A DNA stretch of 64,000 nt from Octopus sinensis (Eukaryota), in assembly GCF_006345805.1 (NCBI RefSeq), contig NC_043023.1, forward strand, positions 4,526,001 to 4,590,000, read 5' to 3'. The stretch's first letter is position 1, and the number at the start of each line of letters is the position of its first letter. The translations under genes were made by a program, and so were the position numbers. Below, piece by piece: positions 36,831-49,439 of this stretch. The notes below the pieces were generated by a model that saw only the letters and a list, made by a program, of their open reading frames with translations, had not been told where the DNA came from and searched no databases.

Positions 36831-37627
36831 TATTGAAATACTTTCTGTTTGGTTCAGATAAATCATCATCATCATCATCATGGTCGTCGTCGTCGTCATT
36901 TTCGTCATCATCAACATCATCTCGCTAACTCTCTTTCTCCCCCCCTCTCTCTCTCTCTCTCACACACACACTTTCACTCTCTTCGCTTGCCGCCCTGGAT
37001 CATTTCGAAACCCTGATCTACGTGACACATTCAACCAGTATCCGAAGTTTCTAACTGTTTAGTTAAAAAAAATTAATTAAAAAACTGACTGAGATTGAAA
37101 AGATCCGTCCTTCTTCCTTCTGTCTATCTACATTTTTTCTTTATTTCTCTCTTTCTCTCTCTCTCACACACACACTTCCACTCTCTCTCTCTCTCTCTCT
37201 CTCTCCTTCTCTGCTCGCTCTCCTCCCCTCTATCTTTCTATAGTTCTTCCTTTCCTTCACGCTTTGTCTCTCTCGCTCTTTTGCTCAAATTATCTCTCTT
37301 CTTTTCCTTGTCTTTCTTATTCTCCCTCACTCTCAATCCCTCTCATTGTATTATTACTCCTTCCGTCTCGTGTTTTTTTGGCCTACCGACCGGCTTGGTC
37401 TTGTGTCTTCCCTTTTCATTGATCGTTATCCCCAATTCACTTTTCCTAGTCCTGCTCACACACGCACGCACGTGTGCATGTGTATATGTTTTCGTCAGTT
37501 CCCATCAACCAAATCCACTCACAAGGAAGGCTTTGGTTGGCTCAGGGTTATAGTAGAAAACACTTGCCCAAGGTACCACACATACTGAACCATGTGGCTG
37601 GGAGGCAAACTTCTTACCATATAAATA

Positions 37628-38900
37628 CACAGACATGCAGGAAGTAAATAGACACCTTTAATTTTCCAAATCTTTTATTTGATATGCAAAGCGAACAATT
37701 GAAATGTAACCGATAGGTAGGGCTACATACTTTAGTATTTAGTTGACGTTCCCTTTGCAGTTTTGAATTCAGAAACTCTTTTTGGCATTGAACTGATGAG
37801 CTTTGAGATTGTCTCTTGTGGAATTTCTGCCCACTTTTCACGCAACAATCGAAACAATTCAGCTTTAGATTTAGGTTTCTGTCGAGTTTTTCGTATAGCT
37901 CTATCTAGTATGCTCCAAAGATTTTCAATTGGGTTCATGTTTGGTGATTGGCTCGGCCAAGGAAGCTTTTTGATCCCATTTTCAGTCAACCATTGTTATT
38001 TCCTATTCACTGTGTGGCATGGAGTCCCATCTTCCATGAATTAAAACTCATTTTTCGTTATGTTATCGTGTGAATACATCGGAAGTAGTCCTTGCTTAAG
38101 GATTTCGATGTATTTTTCAGAGTTTATGGTTCCAACATATTCGATCAGCTCAGAACGACCATTGCTAGTGACAACTCCCCATACCATTACAGAGATACCG
38201 CCATGTTTCACAGTTGGTCGGAGTTGTTTCAAATCAAATTCTTGATTGGGAAGCCTCCAGACACAAACACGTCCACAGTCTGAAATTAATGCAGATCTGG
38301 ATTCATCTGAGAAAATCACTCTATCTCAAAATGAACTGGATTTTTCTGACATCTCCTTCGCCCATTTCTTTCTTTTCATGATATTAATTGGTTGAAGGAG
38401 AGGTTTTCTTCTAGCTGCTCGTCCATAATACCCAAGTTTATGCAAATATGTAACATACGTTCTTGGACTAACTTCTAGCTGTTTTGCAATGTCAGAAGCC
38501 TTCGAACTGGAGTTCGTTTTCTACAATTCTCTTCAAACAGCAAAGCTTCCTTTCCGAGGACCCAGGTCGGCCGGGACGAGAATCTGTTGATTCTTTTCCT
38601 TGGCTTTTGCACTATAATTCTATTAACAGTAGCAACAAGAATTTGAAGATTTTTGGCAATTTTCGCTGGCTAAGATCAGCCTCAGATTGCCCAACAATAT
38701 GACCTCTTTGAAAATCTGACAGTTCTGCTGAATTTTTTATGCGTGGCATGGTTATTCTTCGCAAATGTTTAATATAATGAGACCTGGAATGAAAAAGAAT
38801 AATTACATTGTAAATTCTACGCAGCTGAAAACATATTAAGACGCTTAGATCAGAACTTTTTTTAATTTAAAGGTGTCTATTTACTTCCTGCATGGCCCTG
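37628..38900 (-). mobile_element. Tc1-like (DD34E) transposon, full length, pseudogene
   Basis: ~33-bp TIRs (catgcaggaagtaaatagacaccttta) with TA TSDs; ATG at 38749; IFSDES, MEDGTPCH and WPSQSPNMNPIENLW motifs; disrupted frame. Confidence 0.92.
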
Positions 38901-38999
38901 TATATAATATGATGAATAGTGCCAACGCACGAAACTCTCGGACCTTGAGTCCCTCTGTTACTTCTGCTAAATATTAATAAATATATATCATAATCATCA

Positions 39000-40770
39000 T
39001 TTAGTGTCCATTTTCCATGCTAGCATGGGTTAAACGGTTTGAATAGAAACTGGTAAACTGGAGAGCTGTACCAGGCTTCAGTCTGATTTGGCTTGGTTTC
39101 TACAGCTCCATGCCCTTCCCTTCCTAATGCCAACCACTCCTCAGAGTATACTGGGTGTATTTTACGTGTCACCGGCACCGGTGCCTTCTGCGTGTCACCG
39201 TCCCTGGCCACAACTACGATTTCGCTTAGCTTGACGTGTCTTCTCAAGCACAGCAAATCGTCAAAAGTCTCGGTCACTTGTCATCGCCTGAGTAAGACTC
39301 AACAACCGAAGATCATATTTCACCACCTTATCCCACGTCTTCCTGGGTCTACCTCTTCTACAGGTTCCCTACAGTTAGAGCTCGGCACTTCTTTACGCAG
39401 CTGTCCTCGTCCATACGCATCACATGATCATACCAGCGCAGTCTTCTCTCTTGCACATCTGATGTCTCTTATACCCAAATTTTCTCAAAAGACTCTTGTA
39501 CTCTGCCGTATGTGCACATTGACATTGTACAACCAGCGGAGCCATACTGGCTTCATTTCTTTCAAGCCTTCGCATGTCCTCTACATTCACAGCCATATCT
39601 CACTGCCATGTAGCATGGCTGTTCGCGCAAGGCATCATACAATCTGCCTTTCACTTTGAGGGGGATGTCGTTTGTTACCAACGAAAGTAGAAGCTCTCTG
39701 AACTTTGTCTTATTCTCGCAGCTACACTCTCACAGCATCGACATCCACTGCTGACTTAGTCACCTAGGTAACGGAAGCTATCTACAACTTCTAAGGACCC
39801 CGTCCCCGGGGCACTTGACGAAGTCTATTTTCTGTAAATTACTAGTGTTTATTGGAATCTTTACCTTTTGACCTACAGATTTAAAAAATTACTTTTTGTA
39901 ACTAAACACTTTGAAACTTTGGATACTGGTAGAATGTGTCATATAAAACATGTTTTATCTTAGCATTTTTGAGAAAAACTTATATTTACGAAGTAATTTC
40001 ACGTCAAAGTAGTCCTATTTCAGTAATTTCAACCAATCAATGATGCGTATTCAGCTGAATAAAATTACAGCCGTTGTTTGTCAACAACAACTATCGGCGA
40101 ATAAAATTATAGCCGTTGTTTGTCAACAACAACTATCGGTGAATATTTTGTTTGTCACTGTTATTTATGACATCGCTCGTGCGTTTGTACTGGTTTTAGC
40201 TTTAAGGTTTTGGGGTTAGGCTAAGGGTTTTAGGGTTAGGGTTGTCATAAATAACAGTGACAAACGAAAAATACACCGCCGGAAGTTCTTGTTGACAAAC
40301 AACGGCAGTAATTTTATTCAGCTGAATATATGTCATTAATTGGTTGAAATTACCGAAATACGACAACTTTGACGTGAAATTACTTCGTAAATATAAGTTT
40401 TTTGTCAAAAATGCTAAAAGTAAAAGTGTCCGAAGTTTGAAAGTGTTTAGTTACAAAAAAATATTTTTTAAATCTGTAGGTCAAAAGGTAAAGATTCGTT
40501 TATTGTCCCTATACATCTGCCACACACAAACACTACTTTCTCTGTTAATCTTCCTCCGATTCTGCAGCACCATTTATGTGTCCATAGCTTGCACTGAGTA
40601 CAGCGTATGGAATTTCTACCTACATCTGTTCTACATATCGAATAGGTCATCAGTGTAGAGGAGCTCCTAAGAGCAGCTCGACTTAAATGCCGTTGTTATG
40701 ACCTGGGGGACTATGATGACCAAAAGGTAGCTGAGAACCGATCTTTGGCGAACTCCTACCTGTACACTGA
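39000..40770 (-). pseudogene. Older RTE 3' fragment interrupted by a foldback MITE
   Basis: Similar to 10894-12560; CTQCKLWTHKWC motif; (GAT)n tail at about 38995. Confidence 0.8.
39855..40497. mobile_element. Foldback MITE (~300-bp imperfect TIRs, TTAGGG-like core, 8-bp TSD GTTTATTG)
   Basis: Termini gaatctttaccttttgacctacagattt / aaatctgtaggtcaaaaggtaaagattc; TSD at 39847-39854 and 40498-40505; removing it restores the RTE frame GRCIGTINTSNLQK. Confidence 0.9.
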
Positions 40771-41946
40771 ATTCATTGCTACACTTGTTGCTTGCGCTTA
40801 ACCGATGCTGGTTTGTTTATGTTCCTGTAAGTTTGTGGTTCTGTAAAAGAAACCGATAGAATAAGCGTTAGTCTCAGAAAATGTACTTCGATGGATTGGT
40901 TAGACTGAAAATTCTTCAAGGCATTGTCCTAGCATGGTCGCAGTATAATGGCTGAAACAAGTAAAAGGTAAAATTACCCACTACACTGTAAAATGGTTGG
41001 CGTCAGGAAGGGCATTCAGTTATAGACTGTCAAAACAGACGAGTGGAATCTGGCGCAGCCCCTAACTTTGCCAGTTCCTGTCAGACCGTCCAACCCATCA
41101 TCATGGAAAACAGACGTTAAATGATGATGTTATACATACACGTACGCACGCACGCACGCACGCACACATATAGGCGTGGCTGTGAGGCAAGAAGTTAACT
41201 GCCCAACCACAAAATTCCAGGTTCAATCTCACTGCATGTTACCATAGTCAAGTGTCTTCTACTACAGCCTCAGGCTGACCAGAGATTTGTGAGTGGATTT
41301 GGTAAACGGAAACTGAAAGAAACCCGGTGTGTGTGTGTTTATCCCCCACCACTGCTTGACAACTGGTACTGTTGTTTTCTTAGCAGTTCGGCAAAAGAGA
41401 TTCATAGAATAAGTACAAAGCTTAAAAAAAAATAATAAGTTCTGGGGTCGGTTCATTCGACTAAGGATTTCTTCAAAGCTGTGCCCCAGCAGGGCGCAGT
41501 CAAATGACTGAAACAAGTAAACGATAAAAGAACATACAGCTAGGCAGAGAGGGAGGAGGGAGAGACCCAGGCAGACAGACTGTCTCTGTATCTCTCCCCC
41601 TTTAACAGCTTCACCTCTACCTACACCTCCAAAAGAGACATTTCTCTCAACTACCCCTCCTCGTCATCTTGCTTGTCTCCTAGCAACGCAAACTAACAAC
41701 TTCCGAAGCACGTGGCAAGTAACTTACCTCTAAATCGAACTCACATTGCTTACTGGTGCACTGCAGCACCCGGTTCCATGGTCAGTTGAGTATTTTGGTG
41801 GTGGAAAAAGGCAGTGGAGGTGAGTTGCGGCCCGCTCTCTATTTTTGGGTGAGACGTTTAGTGTGTAAACATACATTTATACTTGCATGTGTGTGTGTAT
41901 TCACATTTGCACGTATACATACATATATACCAATATTCGTACGTAC

Positions 41947-41988
<42 letters not shown>

Positions 41989-42809
41989 ACAGACAGATTG
42001 TCGGTAAATCGGTGAATTTCTTAAAAGTAGGGTTTGTACAAATACATCAATGTATATTTAAGATATCGAAACGAAAGCAAAATATTGTTCACTTAGGGTG
42101 CGATTACTTGTCCTGTAATGACAGTGCTCCAGCATGGCCACAGGCTCTGATAGGAACAGATAAGAACAACTTTATTTGGTGTTTGGAATTTTTTGATGAC
42201 TTTTATACATCATTACATATAATTATTTTGTTAATGTTCTTTCTAATTAAATGTTTATAAATTACGTAAATATTGTTTTCCAGTAATGCATGGTTTTAAA
42301 ATGTAATTATTTTTCTTAAAATAGTAAACAATATATTTGTGTTCATTTCAGAATTTCAAGTCAACCCCGACTACCCTTTTCTTTTCTTTCTTTACGCAAA
42401 TTTTATTGTTTTTCACATTTACTTTAAATTTCGTAAAAATTGGAAGTAAAATGCCGAAGAAATTGAAGAAACAAATAAAATTTAAAAGTGAGAAAAAATA
42501 TAGTTATAGAAATTAAAGTTTTATACGACTTTTGAACTTAGTTACATATATGGCGGTCTAAGTGTATGCATGCATGCACGTATGTATGTATGTATATATG
42601 TATGTGGTGTTTGTGTATGTATGCGTATGGCTTTATTTAGTTTTAGTTCAAGGCTTCTTGCTAATAAAGAGCTGGTTTCTAACCGAGATTCTAGGCTCCT
42701 TCAATGGAATTTCAACATCAACAACAGAGTATGTATGTATATGTGCAGATTTGTATGTTTTGTTTTATATCTATATTTTCATGCATATCTAGACATGATC
42801 ATATATATT

Positions 42810-43125
42810 TAAATGATAAACTTGTGGGAAGTTTCACAGATTTTGACAGTTCCAGTGATGGATTGAATCTGTAGTCTTTAAATTAGCTTTCTTCTTTCTG
42901 GTTTTGAGAAGCCTAATTTCTCAAGATTGGCATTTAGGCAGTGTGTTACATATCCCATTGTCCCAATAATTACAGGTATAAACCTGAACTTGTAATCTGG
43001 ATAGAGTAACTACAGATTTCTCAATAGTTCAGCACAGGTGTTCTCTTTTTCACTGATCTTCAGCTTTGTGTTAACATCTGCTGGGCAGCTGATTTTCACA
43101 ACTGTACACAGTTTCTCTTCTCTAT
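42810..43125 (-). pseudogene. 3' end of an RLE-type (R2-group) non-LTR element
   Basis: ISCPADVN..K..EKENT.AELLRNL..LYPDYKFRFIPVIIG motif. Confidence 0.65.
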
Positions 43126-43620
43126 CCCTAATTAGTTGGGCTATGACCCTTTCCGTGAACTTCACCTGATCCAGCAATTTGATATCCCTGTAGTTATTTC
43201 TATCTAAAGCATCACCTTTACCTTTGTAGCAGTTGACTATGGTGCTGCTACACCAGTCATTGGGTATGACTCCTTTGTAAACTACTTGATTTACAATACG
43301 GGTGACTAGACTATAACCCACACCACCAGATATTTTAAGCATCTCAGCAGTGATTCCTGATGGGCCAGGGGCTTTCCCTGACTTGATATCCTTAATTGCT
43401 TTATCTACCAAGGTGCTATCGATTTGGGTAGCTGGTTCCTCAACTGGATCAACATTTGGCATGCTCTCCTCCTCCCATTCATTCTCCACATTCAGCAGTC
43501 TTTCATAATGGCGTCTCCAAGCCTCTTTCTTTGCAGAATCATTAAATGCAAGTGCACCATCATCCATGCGGACACATTTCTCTCCTATGACATCACAATT
43601 CTCTCTCAAAATAGCAAGAG
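43126..43620 (-). pseudogene. RTE RT N-terminal fragment
   Basis: KSGKAPGPSGITAEMLK...NYRDIKLLDQV, highly similar to the RTE at about 12860-13330. Confidence 0.85.
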
Positions 43621-44954
43621 AATATCTTAGCTTAGCAATGTATAACGTGGGTGCTTTAATCATTTATGTTTTTGTATTTCTTGTGCATGTTTTTTTTTTT
43701 AGTATGTGTGTGTGTAGGTATATTTAACACATACACAAAAAACATATACATACATACACATACATGCACAAACATACATACATACATAAAAAATACATAA
43801 GCATAAGCAATCTAGCTGAAAAAATTGAAGAAATAAAAATATTTTACAGAAATTGCCAAACAAATGCTTTCAGTTTTGATAGACTTACTCTGAAAGATTG
43901 TCAATCATCATAATTTAATGTCCATTTTCCATGCTGGCATGGTTTGACTATTTTGACAAGATTTCTATGGTTCAATGCTATTCCTAGTACCAACCACTTT
44001 ACAGAGTGTAGTGGGTGCTTACAGAAAGAAAAAAGAGTAAAAAAAAGTCATGAGAAAAGCCCAACAGAAACAACAAAAGACAGATGAGGAAGAACAATTA
44101 CTTCTAAATGATGAAATGTTTTCTTGGAAAATAATGTAGGAAATAACGAGAATGAGAATGAACTGAGATTTACTGTTCTTCAAAAATCCAACAAAAACTG
44201 ATAAATTTATGTAAGAGATTCTCCCAAGAAGTTAGAACACAAAAGCAATTCAGAATATAGACAATACAGGAGTAGGCATGGCTGTGTTGCAAGGAACTTG
44301 CTTCCGAACCACTTGGTTCTGGGTTCAGTCTCACTGCATGGCACCTTGGGCAAGTGTCTTCTGCCATAACCTCAGGCTGATCAGTCTTGTGAGAAGATTT
44401 GGTAGATGGAAACTGAAAGAAGCCCATATATGTGTGTGTGTGTCTGTGTTTGTCCCCCACTACTGTTTGACAACCAGTGTTGGTTTGTTTCCATCCCTGT
44501 AACTTAGTGTTTTGGCAAAAGATACTGACAAGCTTAAAGACAAAAACAGTATCTATTGGGATCGCTTTATTCAATTAATAAATCCTTCAAGGCAGCAGTG
44601 CTTTTGCATGGCCACGGTCTAATGACTAAAACAAGTAAAAGATAAAAAGATAAATTCAGAAAACATTATAAACAGCATGCAAAAGATAGATTACTTGTAA
44701 AAGTAAAATTAAGACTTTATACAAACAATAAAAAATGAATACTCTCAACATGTTGGTGTTTTCAATACTAAATATCTCAAAATATGTTCATTGGTGCATT
44801 CGGTTGTACTCAAACAGAGTTTGAGAGATGGTTAAGGGAATGGGGACACAGAGTACCCAACAACTTAACTGGAAAGTCAGCAATCGTTCAATATAACTTG
44901 CAGGAATGTCATTTTTGATCAGCTGTTAAGGTTCAGCATTTGGTAAATTCAATG

Positions 44955-45375
44955 AAAGATTTTTATTTACTGATTTTTGTGAGTGGAAATTGACATTGTC
45001 CTTGAAGGTAGCATAAAGTGAAAGAGAGAGGAAATGGACATGGACAGGTGTATGAGTTGATGTGGGGTGTGAGACAGAAAGTGTGTGTGTGTGTGAGAGA
45101 GAGAGAAAGAGAGAGAGAGAGAGTGATAGCATAAATTTTATTTATTTACTTTTTCTTGGATCTTCTTTCAGTGAGTGTGACTGACTGAGAGAAAAGCGTC
45201 TTGCTCTGTGTGTGTGTGTGTCTGTGTGTGTGTGTGTGAGAAAGAGAGAGAGAGAGAAAGACGAGAGCATAAATTGTTTTTTACACCTTCTCTCCCTCTT
45301 TCTCAAGTCAATTACTCACTCACTTAAAAAAGATGCGAGAAAAATGGATGAAAAAAATGTACACTGCCACTCTGC

Positions 45376-45411
<36 letters not shown>

Positions 45412-45545
45412 ACACACACTTTCTCTGTGTGTGTCCTCCTCCCCAGCATACGTCCATGTGCATTTCCTCTCTCTTTCACTTTATGCTGACTTCATAGTAA
45501 ATGTCACTTTCCACCCACAAAAGTAAATAAAAAAAATTTTTTTAT
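44955..45545. repeat. Old foldback element, ~165-bp imperfect inverted arms
   Basis: The two arms give similar translations on opposite strands (VHVHFLSLSLYA). Confidence 0.65.
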
Positions 45546-45702
45546 GGAATTTACTGAACACCATATAATAACAGCTGAACTGTGCACACACACCTTCCAG
45601 TCAAAACAAAAGATTGCCGGAAAGTCTTTTATGCCTTATTTCTTATATCTTGTTTTGATTGTTGAATGTTATATTATTTCCATGCACATATGTATGTGCA
45701 AG

Positions 45703-45735
<33 letters not shown>

Positions 45736-46135
45736 TCTCTCTCTTTTACTCTCTCTCTCTGTCTATTTCCTCTTATTCCTTTCTGTTGAAGAGCATAGGC
45801 TCGAAAAGTAAAAGACTTTCTCACTTTTCTGAGCGTCAAAGTAATATGCCAGTTCATACACCTGTCTTCGTGTTTTGCTTTTCTGTAAATCTCAACTATA
45901 TATATGTATGTATATAGTTGAAAAAAGATTATAGATCTATACAATGTGGGAATAGCACAGACATAAGTCTAAGACATTTTGATTTATGAGGGAATTTAAT
46001 AAAAATGATTTTTTAAATTAAATAAAGAAAACATTAAAGGTTTCGTTGTATCTCATCTTATCAAATATCAATAAAATTTTATAAAAATTTGAAGTAAAAA
46101 TAGTTTATCATCTGTCTGGGGGTCAAGAACATATC

Positions 46136-46221
<86 letters not shown>

Positions 46222-46369
46222 GTGAAATAGAAAGATGAATAATCTTGTTGTAGATTAATCAAAAGTTAACCGATACCTTAGTAGCAAAAATCACAGCAGT
46301 AAACAGCACGGTTGAAGGTACAACCATCTGGCGTTGCAACCGTGCGTTGGTGCGGATAATTGAAATTAA

Positions 46370-47245
46370 AACATTATTGGTGAATTGAGGAAATGGAGCT
46401 GAACGCAGATTGAACAGAAATCGTTTTATTTCATTCTACACGTGTTTCGAAAGGCACAAATTACCAAAATCCGATTGAATAATGGGACCATATTGTGTCT
46501 TTCTCTTCAGGAAGAAAAAAGGAAATCCGTTAGAGAAACAAAAACAGAACAGAGGCGGAGCAAAAACCAAATCGAACTATGCTCCTAAGAGCCCATGGCG
46601 AAACTGTTTATCAGTGTTTGCTGAGAACCGGTGGCTGAAGAATTCTACAGGTCAGGCATCGGTCAATCATGTGGGTGAGGGTGTATAGATGTTCTTAGTG
46701 ACCGAGAATAAAGTTCTGACTATTTAAGGAATATTGGATGTTTTATAAGGGGCGAGAAAAAATCTACTTAGAGACGTGTGTGTGTGTATACTGTTCTATA
46801 TATGTGTGTGTTGGCGTAGGGGTAGAAAACACTTTTTGTGTACGTGTGTGCGTTTGATCGTTCGGCTTATAAAACATCCAATATTCCTTAAATAGTCAGA
46901 ACTTTATTCTCGGTCACTAAGAACATCTATACACCCTCACCCACATGATTGACCGATGCCTGACCTGTAGAATTCTTCAGCCACCGGTTCTCAGCAAACA
47001 CTGATAAACAGTTTCGCCATGGGCTCTTAGGAGCATAGTTCGATTTGGTTTTTGCTCCGCCTCTGTTCTGTTTTTGTTTCTCTAACGGATTTCCTTTTTT
47101 CTTCCTGAAGAGAAAGACACAATATGGTCCCATTATTCAATCGGATTTTGGTAATTTGTGCCTTTCGAAACACGTGTAGAATGAAATAAAACGATTTCTG
47201 TTCAATCTGCGTTCAGCTCCATTTCCTCAATTCACCAATAATGTT
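46370..47245. repeat. Inverted repeat, identical 380-bp arms with a 116-bp spacer; probable Penelope-like terminus
   Basis: Arms 46370-46749 and 46866-47245; the ORF track shows identical 68-aa peptides on both strands. Confidence 0.95.
47102..47181 (+). ncRNA. Canonical minimal type I hammerhead ribozyme motif (mirror copy at 46434-46513, minus strand)
   Basis: TTC-CTGAAGA-GAAAGACAC-loop-GTGCCTTTC-GAAAC-ACGT-GTA-GAA; G10.1:C11.1 pair; palindromic stem III ACACGTGT; predicted cut after 47178. Confidence 0.8.
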
Positions 47246-48934
47246 ATATATATATATATATATATGCACATCCATACACACACACACATCAGCGGCAGCA
47301 ACAGTATCATTTAATGTCCATTTTCCATGCTGGCATGGGTTGGATGGTTTAATAGGAACTGGCAAAGGTAGGGGCCACACCAGGTTCCATAGTCTGTTTT
47401 AGCTTGGTTTCTGCTGCTGGATGTCCTTCTTATATGCCAACCACTCCACAAAGTGTATTGAGTGCTTTTTACGTGACATCTGGTCCTCTATCATCTCAAT
47501 TCTGTTATAGTGCGCTGGTTGTCTTGAGTATCCACATATCTCGGTCCTCTGTCATTTCCTTCATAAGGCTCAGTATTTTAAGATCAGCCTTCAATACTTC
47601 ATCCCATGTCTTCCTGGGTCTCCTGGGTCTTAATAACAGTTTGACTCATCTCCACATGACTTACAGGTTTGTGCAAATATAGGATATGTATCTCACCAGG
47701 TATTAGAAGAGTGCAAAATTTGAAACAAACTCATGATGCTTAGGCTTCGATTGGTCAGATCAGATCACATGGTGTTAATGCTGTGAATGCAGCATCAGCA
47801 GTGGAGGTGTAATGGCCCAATTATTAGGGCAGCGGACTCGCGGTTTCAATTCCCAGGCCGGGCGTTGTGTGTGTTTATTGAGCGAAAACACCTAAAGCTC
47901 CATGAGACTCCGGCAGATGGGATGGCGACCCCTGTTGTACTCTTTCGCCCCAACTTTCTCTCATTCTTTCTTCCTGTTTCTTGTCCCCGACTACCTATGC
48001 AACTGCTGAGCCTGGATGCACATTCATCCATCCATCGATGCTCTCGGTGTTGGGGGTTGACTACGTTTCGGACTTCTCCCATCTTGCGAGCTCTGAGACG
48101 AAGACCACTTCGCTCAACAGCAACAGCAGCATCAGCAATTTTCAGCTTCCTGCAAACATCCAAACACAGGGCAAAAAATAAGCAGCATAGTGGCTATCGC
48201 TTTCACAGTATTGCTACCATGTGACTTGAGCTGACCTATAGCAGCCTGTCATTCATAAACCATCTTCAATTCATCTCAGTTCTCTCACTCTTCTAATAAC
48301 TGATAAGATGGATGGGTCCTAAATGCCTACAAAATTCTAACTAGTGTGCTGCTGAGTCAAACTGTTATTCAGAATATTTGTAACATCCACCAAATGTTTT
48401 GAGTGTCACTTTCTTTTATTTCTTTATTCACTTGTATGTATCTGTTGTCTCTTTTTTCTTGTAATTGTTTCAACCATTAGACCATGGCCATGCTGGGGCA
48501 CCACTTTCAAATTTCAGTCTGATATTTATTCTATCAGCCTCTTTTACTGAATTGCTAAGTTGTAGCGATGCAAACTCACCAACAGCGGTTTTCAAGTGGG
48601 GTGGAAGACAGACCTAGACACAAAGACATATATATATATATATATATATATACACGACAATATGACAGGCTTCTTTCAGTTTCCGTCTACTAAATCCACT
48701 CACAAAGTTATGGTTGGTCCAGAGCTATACTCTTTTACTTGTTTCAGTCATTTGACTGTGGCCATGCTGTAGCACTGCCCTTAGTCAAGCAAATCGACCC
48801 CAGGACTTATTCTTTGTAAGCCTAGTACTTATTCTATTGGTTTCTTTTGCCGAACCACTAAGTTACGGGGATGTAAACACGCCAACATCGGTTGTCAAGT
48901 GATGTTGGGGGCACAAACACAGACACACAAACAT

Positions 48935-48972
<38 letters not shown>

Positions 48973-49439
48973 GACGGGCTTCTTTCAGTTTCCATCTACC
49001 AAATCCACTCACAAGACTTTGGTTGGCCCGAGGCTATAGTAGAAGACACTTGCCCAAAGTGTCACACAGCGAGACTGAACCCGGAACCATGTGGTTGGTA
49101 AGCAAGCTACTTACCACACAACCACTCCTATGCCTAAAGTAGAAGATGCTTGCCCAAAGTGCCACACAGTGGATCTGAACCTGAAACTATGCGGTTGAAA
49201 AGCCATGCCTGTGCCCATATGTATAAATATATGTCTTAATACATCCTTCCATATATTATATAACATCTCTTACCCTGCTTCATTATATTATAGTGATGGC
49301 ATATACTCCAGTGCAAGTATTGGTCAACTGAACCATGTCTGGTTTTATATTCTGTAGGGGCAAGGACTGAGCAGCCAGCAACAATGTGGTAAATACTCTG
49401 AAATTTGTCATTGCAGAGTCTACCTCAGTGTGTGTGACA

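Noticed and set aside
40205-40243. Interstitial telomere or chromosome fusion site
   Set aside because: Only a few degenerate units, inside a MITE bounded by a TSD.
46482-47133. Duplicated 68-aa ORF as a gene pair
   Set aside because: By-product of the inverted repeat; it runs antisense to the hammerhead strand and has no recognisable domain.
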